A stretch of 64,000 nucleotides of DNA from assembly GCA_017654855.1 (NCBI GenBank), contig JAFMPO010000001.1:496001-560000 (forward strand), given 5' to 3'. This stretch comes from Podospora anserina. Its lineage: Eukaryota. Shown piece by piece: positions 48,278 through 61,622 of this stretch. The notes under the pieces are model-generated. The model ran no database searches and was not told where the DNA came from. It was given only the letters and a program-made list of their open reading frames with translations. The position numbers were made by a program, and so were the translations under genes. The first letter of the stretch is position 1. Each line of letters opens with the position of its first letter.

Positions 48278-51200
48278 ACCATTCTTCTTTTTCAATTTCT
48301 TTTTCATTCTTTCTGCACCTCAGAAGGTGTCGCTCTGTTTTATGTTTATTGCAGCTACAAGATTTCACGTAAATTCCATGGTGGTCATGTTTGTGGTATT
48401 AAGATTCGCTGCAGGTTCAGCCATACGAATAGGTGGTTCTTTCCCTGGGTGCAACCTTTCGCTTCCACTGCGGGGCAGGCTCTGTTTGACAGAAACCTTC
48501 CAAATTGCTGCTGGCCCCTCGTAGCCTCTCTGGCCTGGGTGGTTGCAACTTGAACTGTATTGAAGACCTCGAGGTTGGATGTCCATAACTAGGCCCCACG
48601 CTCCAACGACCATGGCCAGTCTCGCATACACAGACAAGACAACGACGAAAAACATGGCTGATAATCTGATGCCCTCGGGAAGCAACCAAAGAGCAACAAC
48701 ATCGAACCATAACCCTTTCCCGACCCTCCTTTATGAATGATGGCAATTGTATTGACCTGATCTTCACGATCCAGATGTCGACAACCGCCTGTGCCACCCC
48801 ATCCGATGATAGCGCAACGGCGCCTTCCCCATCCGTGCTCGAACTGTCCGTCGTTCACTGTAAATCGATCAAACCCACAGCGGCAGCTAATCGAGTCCAC
48901 GGTGTTTGGGGGTTTCTGGTGACGAAATCGAGACGAAAAGGGGGATCTTGTGAGGCTCGGCCCGAATACAACCCTGATGTTGTGGATAGGGCCGGCAGGG
49001 TCGCATCCCATCACGGCACTCAGCAATTGACGATTAACGACGATGCGATGACCCGCTCGCATCCGCTATCATCGGGATCCGTTTTGAATGACCGACTCGA
49101 GAGTCGACAACAAACTTCGTTCTTTGAGCTCTTTATGGCGAGATTGGTGACAAAGAAGCAACCAAAGCGGCTCACGGAATCTGCCATTTCGGACGATCGC
49201 GGTTTCTCTCGTGGCACGTGGAGCTGCAGTTGCAGCTGCGGAACAAGCCCGAGACAATTGATCGCGGGGTATGGCGCCGAGAGAAATGGCATAAGACTTG
49301 CGGGTAGGAGGACACTAGACGACCAGATAGTAATTGCACCTAGGATGGTACCTATAATGCGGTATCTTAAGCGAGTTGGATACAGTTCCCCAATCAGCTC
49401 GGCCTATTACTTAAGAATTATTTAGGAGCAGCGAACTTCCCTCGCTGCTTACACCAGTCCTTACCTAAATAGCTTTTAATCTAAGTCTTTATCTGATTCT
49501 CAGAGGAAGAGGCAATACGCCTTACGCCGCCTTTATTGCCCAGTTACAGCCTGACTTTCTACCAACATAAAACCTGCACCAACAAACAGACCCTTGCCCT
49601 ATGTACCAGAGTAAGAGTCTGGGCGTAACAGGCTCTGACAACCTCGTGGTAAACGGTCGACGAGAGGTCGCGACATCTACGCCAAGATAAGCATACAACT
49701 GATGATCAACAAATTCATGATAGGGACCGTGCTGAGCCGCCTGTGGCTGATCGACGTACGCGATCATTGGCGGTCGATCATCCTGATGATTGGGACCGAT
49801 AAGCTGATGGATAAAAAGCGATCAGTGCTTCAGAGTGTGCATGCCCCGCACGCTGTTTCTACCTGTGTCTCAACTCAACTAGTATGTCGTTTCCCGGTCC
49901 AAGTTGCGGCTCAAAGCCTGGCCAAGCCCTCAAATGGACAGGCTTCAAAAAGCCACCAAGCCTCGAGACGGAGTGGCGCTGCTTTCCAATCACCAATCGC
50001 GGCAGGACTGGCACCACGGCAGCCTCACCATCACCCAGCACGCTCCCTATTCTCTTCCGTCTTGTCGCCCAGCAAGATCGACACTGCATAGTTGCTTCTT
50101 GTCTTGGTGAGATCTCGCCCGATTGGGTGATGTGGCGATACACAGGATTTTATTGATTTTGGCTGACGTAGCATGGGGAGGGGAAAAGAAACGTCGGCGA
50201 AAAGACCAGTCAGAACGCAGCCAAGGACAAGAAACTGGTTTCATGGCTGGCCGTCAGGGTGCTGAAGAATGCAGGAGGGACTGAATCCCCTTCTATCACT
50301 TCAGAAGCAACCTTTACTGCGAATATGCTGGCACGTCTGGACAAACAGGTCAACAGGAAAAAAGAATCCGTGGGGGTGGGCCTGCATCCTTTGAACGGGT
50401 CATCATCGATCAGTTGATTTTCGCAAGGGACCGCGGGTCAGGAGCTTTCTGTCCAACCCCCTGGCGACTTGACGAGCTTAACAGTTTCTTCCCCCCTGTA
50501 CCCCAATTTCGCAACCCCTGTCCATGGATACCGCCAAGAAACCTTAAACAGATCAATTGCTCCTCGCGATCTTTTTCTCCATTTGTTTGAGGCCTCGATG
50601 TCCACAAAAGTTTCACCGTCTTCCTCGTCAATTGGCGTTATTGAACAAGGAGATTGTGAGATAAAAGTGAATCGTCTCAGCAAACTTCTCACCAGATAAT
50701 ATGATCGACACGCTCTCACACCCTCACGACACACCGATCCCACGAACGCGGGGAGGGAGGTGGCCGAATCCAGGGTTGAAGGACGTTGGGATGGTGGTGA
50801 TGGACGCCAATTGGCGGGGGCGTCTGACCACTGCTCCTAACAGCAGGAAAATCCAAGTTGTGGAACTAGCGTTGGCTGGTAGGGGTCCCCGCGAAGACGC
50901 TTTGGGAAACGATCGGACTTGGCAGCAGCTGGTGCCTTTGTTCTCTCGCAATGCCTCCCCTTTGATATGAGTGCTTGGGCGCTTGAGGAAGCAACTTGAC
51001 CTACTTTACCGGTCGCCATGATGCCATGAAGGAAGAGGCATTCTTCATGAGGTACGCCTGGTACGGAAGATGAAAGCCGAGCAAACGGCTGGCATGAAGG
51101 GTTCCTGGAAGTCTACCTTACGGACCCAGCCGCTAATGTCGACAAGAACGCCGGCAACAGGGGTTTCTTTCTTCGGCAAGTATTTGTCGCGAAAATACGG

Positions 51201-51977
51201 AGGCCCGAGAACTGTGTGTCACTGCAGGTCATCCCTCCGGTTAGCCCAGTGCCGACAGACACCCCTTTCCGGGAGCCGAAACCTGATAGGTCGCAAGTGC
51301 TACTAGCCAGTGCTAGCAAAGCAAAGTGGACGCTCCCTCAGCTGAAGGAGACACGCGAGACTCCCACCGCGCTCCGCTGGGAAGGATTCGAATATGCCAA
51401 GGCCGCTGTCAGTGGCCGACTGCATGGCTACAGGGAAGGAGGCTGGGTTTGTGCCTGCGTTGCCCCTTTGTTGTGGGGAGGTACGTAGAAAGAAGTATAT
51501 GGGGTCTCTCCCCAGGCTTTCTATTACATCCTTCCATTCCCGTCCGTCTCTCTCTTGACGACCACGGCTTGTCTTTGTGTTGCGCCGTCCGTTGCTAGCG
51601 TCTTTTGTTGCATCTTCGACAACGGAGATGCTTGTATCGTCTCAGGTCCAGGCCCCCAAAGAAGACTATTGCTTGTTGGTGTCCTAGGGTTTCGCTCTGG
51701 CTGGTCCCCCTTAGCCGTGCTTGTCGCCTGGTCTCTCCTCTTTCCAGCTCTCACAAAAGACTCTCTCCCAGCCGAACAAACCCACTCTGTCATCATCGAC
51801 CCGCCTCTTCCCTCTTTTCTTTCTTTCACTCGTTCATATTATCCTTTTCCCGTCAGGGGCCAACACACTTTTTGGGTGACCACCCTTGCTCTCAACTCAC
51901 CAACACACACACCCCGACGTGAGGGCAGTTGTATCACCATCAAACAACACTAGGTATCTCTAAACACAACACGCAGG

Positions 51978-53844
51978 ATGGTGGGCGCGGTGGTATACCC
52001 GCTTTCGGGTACGGCCGATTTGTCCAGGATCGAAGCTCCAGTGACCTTCAAGGCCTATCTACTCTGCGGCTTCGCAGCGTTTGGTGGTATCTGTAAGTCT
52101 GTCTGCCCTGTAGTGGCATATGGTCGAGGTTGGCTAACTCGAAGGGCTGTGCAGTTTTTGGATATGACACTGGATGGATGTCGGGTGTGTTGGGGATGCC
52201 TTACTTCATCACTCTATACACAGGATTGCAGTATAACTACGAAACCGGAGAACCAGTAGATGTCCCCAAAACCGAGTTCGGTCTTCCTTCCTCTCAAAAG
52301 TCTCTCATGACATCGATCCTCTCCTGCGGTACCTTCTTTGGAGCTCTGATTGCCGGTGATGTCGCCGATTTCCTCGGCCGCCGTCCTACTATCATCATCG
52401 GGTGTCTCGTCTTCTGCGTCGGATGCATTCTCGAAATCATCTCGACCAACCAGGAAGTGCTATTTGTCATGGGCCGTTTGGTATCAGGTGTGGGAGTCGG
52501 TTTCATTTCCGCCGTTATTATCCTGTACATGGCCGAGGTTGCGCCTAGGAAGGTTCGTGGTGCTCTTGTGTCAGGGTATCAGTTCTGTATCACGCTTGGT
52601 ATTCTACTCGCCAACTGCGTGACATACGCCAGCTCGAACCGAAACGACACCGGTTCCTATCGCATTCCAGTCGGCGTCCAGTTCCTATGGGCCATCATTC
52701 TAGGCATCGGCCTCTTTATCTTGCGTAAGTGGCCTCGTGTGGGCGCTGAGTGTGGGCGCTGAGTGTGGGCGCTGAAAAGGTCCAACTGGCAGACTAACTT
52801 GAATATCAGCCGAGTCCCCCCGTTACTATGTCATGAAGGGCAAAATCGATCTTGCCGCCAGGTCTCTCTCGCAAGTTCGTGGTCAGCCACTGGACTCGGA
52901 TTACATCAAGGATGAGTTGGCGGAAATTGTCGCAAACCACGAGTATGAGATGCAGATTATTCCCCAGACTAGTTACATCGGCTCGTGGATTGCTTGCTTC
53001 CAGGGTTCACTGCGCAAAGGCAACAGCAACCTCAGACGTACCCTTCTTGGTTCTGGCATGCAAATGATGCAGCAGCTCACCGGTAAGCCAAGGAGATTTT
53101 CGTTGTCGTGGGACTTGATGCTGACCCAGAAAACCAGGTATCAACTTCATCTTCTACTTCGGCACCACCTTCTTCCAGCAGCTTGGCACGATCCAAAACC
53201 CATTCTTCATCTCCCTTGTCACTACTCTCGTCAACGTTCTGTCCACGCCGATTTCCTTCATTGCTGTCGAGAAACTCGGCCGTCGTGTTCTTCTTAACTG
53301 GGGGGGTGTTGGCATGGTCATCACACAGTTCATTGTCGCCATCGTTGGTGTAACCGAAGGCCGCCCGGAGGCCCAAAACGACGCTGCTGTCAAGGTCATG
53401 ATCGCCTTCATTTGCATCTACATCTTCTGTTTCGCTTCCACCTGGGGTCCGGTCGGCTGGGTCATCATCGGCGAGTGCTTCCCGCTGCCCATCCGTTCTC
53501 GTGGTGTTGGTATCTCGACAGCCTGCAACTGGTTCTGGAACTGTATCATTGCCGTTATCACCCCTTACATGGTGGGTAACACACCCGGCTCGGCCAACTT
53601 GGGCCCCAGGGTGTTCTTCATCTGGGGGTCTCTCTGCATCGGCTCGACACTTTTTGCGTACTTTTTGGTTCCTGAAATGAAGGGTCTGACACTCGAACAA
53701 ATCGACACGATGATGGAGGAGACTACACCAAGGAAGTCGAGAAGCTGGAAGCCGACGTCCACTTTTGCCGCGCAGATGGGACGTGTCAGGGACGAGAAGG
53801 GCAGTGCGAACCAGCAGGAGTTTGCTCCCGAGTCGGAGCCGTGA
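51978..53844 (+). CDS. MFS sugar porter (hexose transporter); introns 52093-52154, 52725-52809, 53083-53137
   Basis: FGYDTG, DFLGRR, YMAEVAP...RG, PESPR, QQLTGINFIFYF, EKLGRR, WGPVGWVIIGE and PEMKG. Confidence 0.95.
52737..52775. repeat. 3 x 13-bp perfect tandem repeat (GTGTGGGCGCTGA) in transporter intron 2
   Basis: Directly visible in the sequence. Confidence 0.95.
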
Positions 53845-54442
53845 GAGGCCTTTGATGAGTGCGAAAGACGATGTTATGTCTTATGAGACATGACGGGCTG
53901 GTGGCGGCGGTTCGGGCCGGGGCGGCTTGGGTGTTGGTCTACGCAATAATTCGGATGAGGGGGGATGTGTATGTGTGATTGTGGGTGAGGTTTGGTTGGA
54001 TACCCGGTGGGCAAAGAATGGAGCATCGAATCTTTCAACATCACTACGATACTATACTTTTTTTTACTGCTTTTCTTTTCTTCGTCATATAGCACCATCT
54101 GACTCGGTCAGTCCAGCAGACGCTGGGTTCAAACTCGACGACAACAGCAGACTTCAAATTATATATTGCCGACTTCTCTTTCTTGGCTCCATGTCTTATT
54201 TCCCGTCTTGTTGAACAAGGTTGCCTTTTTTGTGCGCAGTGCGACATTTATCACCGTCACGTGGCAGTGGAACGGTATACTGCCTGCCGATGCAGGCAAC
54301 CTACCTACCGACTCCAAGGCATTCTTTCCCATCTAGTGAGCAATTTCAAAAGAAGCTGTCGGCACTGACGATAAGTTCACTATCGACTGGTCTCCTTACC
54401 CCAACCTCCAACACCCACAACGACTACAATTTCCGCAATTAC

Positions 54443-55764
54443 ATGGCACCCGTTTCAAACAAGAGAACCAACAAGATGAGCAATGGAAAGCGCGATGACT
54501 CCCAAGAACCGCTTGCGGCTCGGTTCGCCAAAAGAATAAAGCTCTCACACGATGTGCCAGTGACGAGTTCTTCGGTCAAACTCCCAGCTGCCTCTTTGAG
54601 GATTCCTTTCCCCGAAAAGGTGAGTAACTGCCACCGCTATCTCAGTCCTAGTTTGGGTACCCTGACCGCGTTGCTGATCTGGTATTAATGTAGCCTGCAG
54701 TTATTGAGGAACGAAACGGTGAAATCGAATTCCGCGTGGTCAACAATGACGGCAGCCGAGAGCACATGATCATATTGACAAGCCTCAAGTGCCTGTTTCA
54801 AAAGCAACTTCCAAAGATGCCCAAGGACTACATTGCCCGCCTCGTCTACGATCGCGCCCATCTGTCGCTCGCCATCATCAAGAGACCGTTGGAGGTCATA
54901 GGCGGGATAACCTTTCGAGAGTTCCGCCAGCGGGAGTTTGCCGAGATTGTGTTTTGTGCCGTGTCGTCCGACCAGCAGGTCAAAGGATATGGAGCCCACC
55001 TCATGGCCCATCTCAAGGACTACGTCAAGGCAACCTCGCCAGTGATGCATTTCCTCACATACGCGGACAATTACGCGACGGGTTACTTTCAAAAGCAGGG
55101 CTTTTCTAAGGAGATCACCCTCGACAAGGCCATATGGATGGGTTACATCAAGGACTACGAGGGAGGGACGCTAATGCTCTGCTCGTTGGTCCCTCGAATT
55201 CGATATCTGGAGGCCGGTCGTATGCTTCTGAAACAAAAAGAAACCGTGCAGGCCAAGATTAGGTCTCTGAGCAAAAGCCATGTCGTCCATCAGCCGCCTG
55301 CTCAATGGATCGTTCAGAGCAACAGCGGCGCCGCTCTCACCCCCATCGATCCTCTCTCCATCCCAGCCATTCGAGCCACAGGCTGGTCCCCAGACATGGA
55401 TGCCTTGGCCCGTCTCCCTCGTCGCGGACCTCACTTCAAGGAAATAAGACGCTTCCTGTACCAGATCCAAAACCACAAGCAGGCGTGGCCTTTTCTGGCC
55501 CCCGTTAATAGAGATGAAGTTCCGGACTATTATAAGATTATAGCCAACCCGATGGATCTCTCTACGATAGAGGAGAGACTGGAACACGATGCATACGCGA
55601 CACCTAAGGATTTCATTGCGGATATGAAGTTGATTTTCAGCAACTGTCGGAAGTACAATGATGCCACGACGGTGTATGCCAAGTGTGCGGCGAAGCTGGA
55701 GAAGTACATGTGGGGTCTGGTGAAGGAGATCCCGGAGTGGTATGAGCTGCTTGAGGGCCAATGA
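54443..55764 (+). CDS. GCN5: Histone acetyltransferase Gcn5 (HAT plus bromodomain); intron 54620-54693
   Basis: [33 protein letters not shown] and GYIKDYEG, followed by the bromodomain (AWPFLAPV...PDYY...PMDL...NCRKYN). Confidence 0.95.
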
Positions 55765-57161
55765 TTTCTGTGTTTGATTTTGGGGAGAGTTGAGGCGGGT
55801 GGTTTGAAGCTGGGTCCTGAGCGGTTTCATACAGAGTAGCGGCATGGTTCGGGCGTTTGTCTTTCTGTTCAACAAGGCTTCATAGGAGTCCAACTAGTCC
55901 AGCAGCTCTTATCCATGCTATGAGCTTTGTACTCATCATTTTCTGATGTAATCAACTTATGTCACATTTGAATGGTAGAGCCATACACCGGTTTGGTCTT
56001 CGTTGTTCCTGAAACCGCATAACCCAAGTTGGAGCCGGGGAATCTGTTGGGGATGTTGGATCATTTTGAGACTAAGCTGAGGTGGACGAAGAGGGAGTAA
56101 ACAATCAATAGTATATAAAAATAATTAGCATTGTTTAGCAAGTATAGGTAGTTACCTCTATCAAAGGTCCGGCCTGGCGAGGAAAAAATATTTCAAGATC
56201 TTCTTTAATGGTCACAACAGTACGGAGTAGTCGTGATATCTCGGAGCATTCGAAAACAAGTTCCAACATGACCAATATGTCCCTCGACCGCGCTCGTTGG
56301 GGACATCATGCAGGTTCAAGAGATCACCGGTCTTGACAGCTGATGAACTTTGAAAAATCAAAAGGATACAGATCCATTGCCACCATGTATTCGTGGGCTC
56401 TGACAGATTATGAAATTCTGCTGTGGTAGGCACTTGACAGACCCAGATCACTTACAGCCTTGTGGCATCGATGAGGTAAAAAGGTTGTTGTAAGTGAGGC
56501 CTGGCCAATCATGTTACACGACTTACTGGTTTGCGCACGGTCCATCCCAGATCCCAAAGCCTCTCACTTCAGCCGGGCTCTAACATCTTATTAGACATCA
56601 TTAGAATTAAAGATTGCCCTTCTAACAGAAACTTTGCTTCTCCATCATTTTTTGTCTACATAACTAACAACATGCATGTTGATTGGATTATGGCTTCCTG
56701 TTGGCGTGCCCTTACAGTGCACCCGCTCGCCGACTGACGGCCCGGCGTGAGTCACAGGCCGTGTTCACAGCCGTCCAATGGAGACCAGGGCGGGATTTGA
56801 GTGCTGTTGGTGCCGGGACAGAAATGCGTGCGGGGCAGCAGCGTGCCGTCAGTGTCCATGCAGTTGTGTCTCACTTGTGTTGGAACAGCTCATGATCACC
56901 AACACTGACTGGCCCGGCAGGCAGTGAAGCAGAAAACCGACACCTGCAATCGTGCATCTCACGCCGGCATCGAGAGAGAGCGCAGACTCTATTTGTTTAA
57001 GAGAGCCCGATTCCTCACGACTACCATCACATCTTATCTCTAAGGGCATTCAGCCATTGTTTGTCCTTGATATCGAGGTTTTTGATAACTGCGGAATTTG
57101 TTACACTCTTTGTAGAGCCTGAGCCACCTGCCTCCCGCCCAACCTCAAACAGCCTGGAAAA

Positions 57162-59545
57162 ATGACGTCCGCCAACTCCACTTCCGCAACCACTATTCTT
57201 TGCACATGCAAACAAACCCGCTTTCACATCTCTGATCGTCCCAACTACCGCGAGGTTTGTCTCCCACCTATCACATTCGATTTTCCCACTAACTTCCCTG
57301 TAGCTTGACATCTCAGGCCTCAACATCACCATCGTGCCCGGTGCCTCTTCCCCCTCTTCAACAACTACAAAGAAAGGGAAGGGCAAGGCTGGAGCAGAGG
57401 GTACCGAGATCCTGAGCAATGCCGACCTAAAGCTCAAGGCGGGCGCACGATACGCTCTTGTCGGCCGCAACGGGGCTGGCAAATCCACTTTGCTGAGGGC
57501 CATCAGCGAGAAGCTTATCCCCGGAATACCGGAGGAGGTCAGAGTGGGAATACTCCAACAGACTGGTATACCTGACGACGCAGACGACGATGAGTGGAAG
57601 GATGGAGGGCCCGAAACAGGAGGGCAGACAGTACTGGAGCAGGTGGTAGACCGAGCTACTGCCAAGGGTGAGGTGGAGAAGGACATCAAACAATTGACTA
57701 AAGGAGTCAACGATCCTGACCCATATGGGACTCTGAGAGCTGTGCGGAAGTTGAAGTACGAGAGAATGCAAAAGAAGCTGTTTGTCTTGGACAAGGACGC
57801 CAGTCTAAGGAGCGGAGCGAGGGGGTTACAGGCCAGAAAGGCGTTGGTGGAATTTGAGAAGGAGGTTGAAAAAGCTGAAAAGATGTGAGTTTGTTCGGAG
57901 GTACCAGGACAAGTGATAGTAACCATACAACAGGAACGATCAGCCAGAGGAGGAAATCTCGGCCGAGATACTGCAAGCAGAGATCCAAGAGGCGGCAGAT
58001 ATGCTTGCGGAGCTGGAACTACAAGTCGAACCAACTCGGTTGGCTGACACTGAGTCCCAGGCAAAGAAAATCTTGACCGGCCTAGGGTTTACGGATGCTT
58101 ACAGGGCCAGGCCCGCAAACACCCTCTCAGGAGGATGGCAGATGCGGAGTAACCTTGCCGTGGCTCTGCTTCAGGAGACAGACATCCTGATTCTGGACGA
58201 GCCGACCAATTTTCTCGACCTTCTCGGTATCATCTGGCTTCAGAAGTACCTGGAGGGGCTGGAGGATATTCACCCTACACCTCCCACTCTAATCTTGGTG
58301 TCCCACGATCGCGACTTCACCTCCACGGTGTGCACTGATCTGATGATACTCAAAGACAGGGGCCTCGCCTACTTCCACGGCGACCTGCCAACCTACGAGG
58401 CTGCCCAGACCGAGCGCAAGCTCTACCTCACCAAGATGAAAGACGCCCAAGACAAGCAGAAAGCCCACATTCAAGACTCCATCCAAAAGAATATGGCTGC
58501 GGGCCGGAAGAACGACGACCAGAACAAGCTCCGCCAGGCCAAGTCCCGTCAAAAGAAGCTCGACGACCGTTGGGGCATGCAAGTTAACGCAAAGGGCCAC
58601 AAATTCAAGCTCAACCGTGACATGGCTGGCTATCACGAATCGGCAAGAGAGGCAATTGACATCCCTAAAGATGACAAGTCTGTGTCTATCTCCTTGCCTC
58701 TTCCGCCAGACCTCCGCTTCCCCGGCCCGTTGATATCACTTGAGAATGTCAGCTTCCGCTACAAGATCAAAGGCAGGCCGGCTCACCTGGTTGTACCGAC
58801 GCTCCAAGACATCACCCTGTCTGTCTCCATGGGCGACCGCATTGGCATTGTCGGTCTCAACGGTGCTGGCAAGTCGACACTCATCCGGCTACTAGTCTCG
58901 GATCCTACCTCATCGACTTCTGGATCGATGTCCGGTGCAATTCAGAAACACCCGCGGCTCAAGCTAGGGTATTATTCCCAGCATGCAGTCACCAGCCTGC
59001 TATCTCTTGGCCGGGCAACACCATCTCTCACCGCTCTATCTCTTTTAATGTCCGAAACTGCTGGAGTGATGGAAGAACCAGACGTGCGGGGACTGCTAGG
59101 ATCTCTCGGTCTCCCAGGCCGTCTGGCATCTAATGTGCCGCTGACAAAACTTTCCGGTGGCCAGCTCGTCCGCTGCGAATTGGCCAGGTTGCTCTGGAGT
59201 CACCCTCACTGCCTGGTGCTGGATGAACCGACTACTCATCTAGACTACGAAACTGTCACGGCCCTGCGGGAAGCGCTGAGATACTGGCCCGGCGCCGTTG
59301 TCTTGGTGTCCCACGACCGTTGGTTCGTCAAGGGTGCTGTGGAGAATCTGAAGGATGAGGATGTGGACAGTGATGGTGAAGCCGATGATGATGAGGAAGA
59401 CGAGGAGGAGCAAAAAAGGAGGAGACTGGTGTATAAGCTCGTTGCTGGGAAGGAAGGGGGCAAGATGACGTTGCTTGATAAGGGTGGTGTCAGCCAGTTT
59501 GAAGAGGGAGTGGAGAAGAAGGTGAGGAAGATGATGGCCACCTAG
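57162..59545 (+). CDS. ABC-F family ATPase (two NBDs, no TM); introns 57255-57303, 57885-57933
   Basis: Walker A GRNGAGKST and GLNGAGKST, signatures LSGGW and LSGGQ, LDEPTN/LDEPTT and VSHDR twice. Confidence 0.92.
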
Positions 59546-60820
59546 GTTTCGAGGTAGTTTGAAGTCGAATGTATGTGAGCGACATTGTTTAGGAATGAAT
59601 TTTGCTACGAATTTGGTGTTTTCTTCTTGACGTTACTACCCTCCTCCTCAACTTCATCTTGTGAAAACTAATGATACCTAAACCCTTGTTGATAGCCTGG
59701 CGAATACAAACAGAACAACCCATCAAGAGCCCCCCTCCCTTCTCCCAAGCTCGTATTCCCATCATCAAGCACCAATGTACCGCCTGTGCCTACTCTCGAC
59801 GTTACACACCCTACAAGAAGCTAACGAGGATTCGAGCATGTTTTCCTTGACCAGCTCCCAGTAGCGCCGCGAAAGAGGAATCATGCACGCAATCATGATC
59901 GCCGGATCTCCGTATCCCTTTCTCTGACTGCCTTTTCTCCCTTATGATTCGCAGATCCCACAGAAGGACAAGCACCTCAAACATCTTCCCAGGTATTCCG
60001 TCGCCCAATTGTTTGCTTCCCACAACAGAGCTACTCGGAGATTGGTACGCTGTTTGTACAACATGGCAAGTATGGTACCTGCTGTGCTCGCTCAACCACT
60101 CGTATTTCCATTTAGACGGCCAACACAACCTTTACACCTCGTGACCGAGAAGCCATGCATCTGGATATTGACAGCCCTGCATGAACATGTCTTGCAGCTG
60201 CTGAAGAAAAAGCAAGCATCCGAAGATTCAACAAAAGAAGAACATGTCACAAGAAGCAGGACCAAAAATCTGTGCAAAGTTGGTATGTTACTGTCTCCAG
60301 CGTAATTATAGGACAAGAAGTCTTCTACAATCCCTCTTCTCCATTCTCTCTTACAACATATTCCGTAACCAAAAAAATCACAAAATGCCCGAGACAATCC
60401 GTCCAAGAACAGTCTCGGCAGAGTATCAAGTCGAAGAGTATAAAACAAGAAACCCAGCTGGCTTCCCCCCTCGCATCCAGTCCTGTCCCTTGACCCCTGG
60501 AAGTTCCCACACCCACAGGGCATGATGGCCAAAAAAAACAAAAAAACAACCACGCTGCGTCGTAAAATGGTTTCTAAAGCATCCCTGGAAAAATAACGTG
60601 CTCCTTTGCCCAATATCCTTTGGCAGAAAAAAACCAACCAAATCCATTTGTCGCCCGGAAACACGCAACATTCCAACTCTGCACAAACAAAGGTGATTAA
60701 GACTTAGGTGTGCGGGCTATCAGGTCGTGTCTCATGTCTCGTAAAAGCAGTGTGCCCTCGGAAATCCATTGTCCTGTGGTGTTCATGTCGAACCTCCGAG
60801 GGTTTGGTGCCGTTAGGAGT

Positions 60821-61622
60821 TTAGAGAAGAGCGACAACACCGGCAATGAGGAGCAGGGCGCTGACGGGAGCGGCGAAGGTACCAGCGGCACCCTCAGCGA
60901 TGTTGGAGACGGAAGGAGCAGGTGCGGAGGGCGAGGGAGAGGTGCCAAGGGAGACGGTGCTGTTAGACGCGCCACCGGTAGCAGAGGCGGAAGCCGAGGC
61001 AAGACCAGAGCTGGTGATGGTGATGGCAGCCGAAGTAGAGTTCTTACCACCAAAGACGATCGAGCTGCTGGCGCTGGTACTGGTAGTTGTGGGAGGAGCG
61101 GTGGAAATGACCTCGGAGCTGGTGGTAGAGGTCGAAGTGGCAGGAGGAGGGGTCTGAGAGACGAGACCACCAGTCACCTCGAATGCAGCAGCGCAGGCCT
61201 CAAGGTCCATAGAGTTGGGGCAGCACCACGTCTCACCGGCCTTGTCGGCTGTGCAGTAGTAGCCAGCGTCGCAGGAGTCTATGTTACGCGTTAGTCATGA
61301 GCTTTTCCAAACATCACGATTGCCAGCACATACTGCCAGACTGATCGGGGCAGCACGTCTGAGCCGCTTGAGCGTTGAAGCAGTGCACCTGGTTGTCGGT
61401 GGAAGCACAAGTTGTGTAGCCGGCACCGCAAGCCTCCTCGCAAGTGTTTCCCTCTCCACACACGGCCTGCTCTGGCTGGTACCCGGGGGCATCTTGACGG
61501 CGACCGATGGAGAACAGGGAGCGGGTCGACATCTTCACGAGCTGAGGCTTGTAAGGTTGCTCGGCAGCGACATTGACGGCGAAGGCGAGAGCCGCCAGAG
61601 CGGTGATGGATTTGGCGAGCAT
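60821..61622 (-). CDS. Secreted Cys-rich, Ser/Thr-rich, probably GPI-anchored protein; intron 61279-61333
   Basis: Signal peptide, GRR cleavage-like site, Cys-rich domain (CGEGNTCEEACG...CCP...CDAGYYC...WCCP), S/T stalk and a hydrophobic C-terminus. Confidence 0.88.

Noticed and set aside
48365-49425. Several 100-230 codon ORFs downstream of tRNA-Val
   Set aside because: No recognisable domains or consistent exon structure. A small gene cannot be excluded.
59760-60310. Splice-like signals suggesting a small multi-exon gene
   Set aside because: I could not assemble a consistent reading frame.
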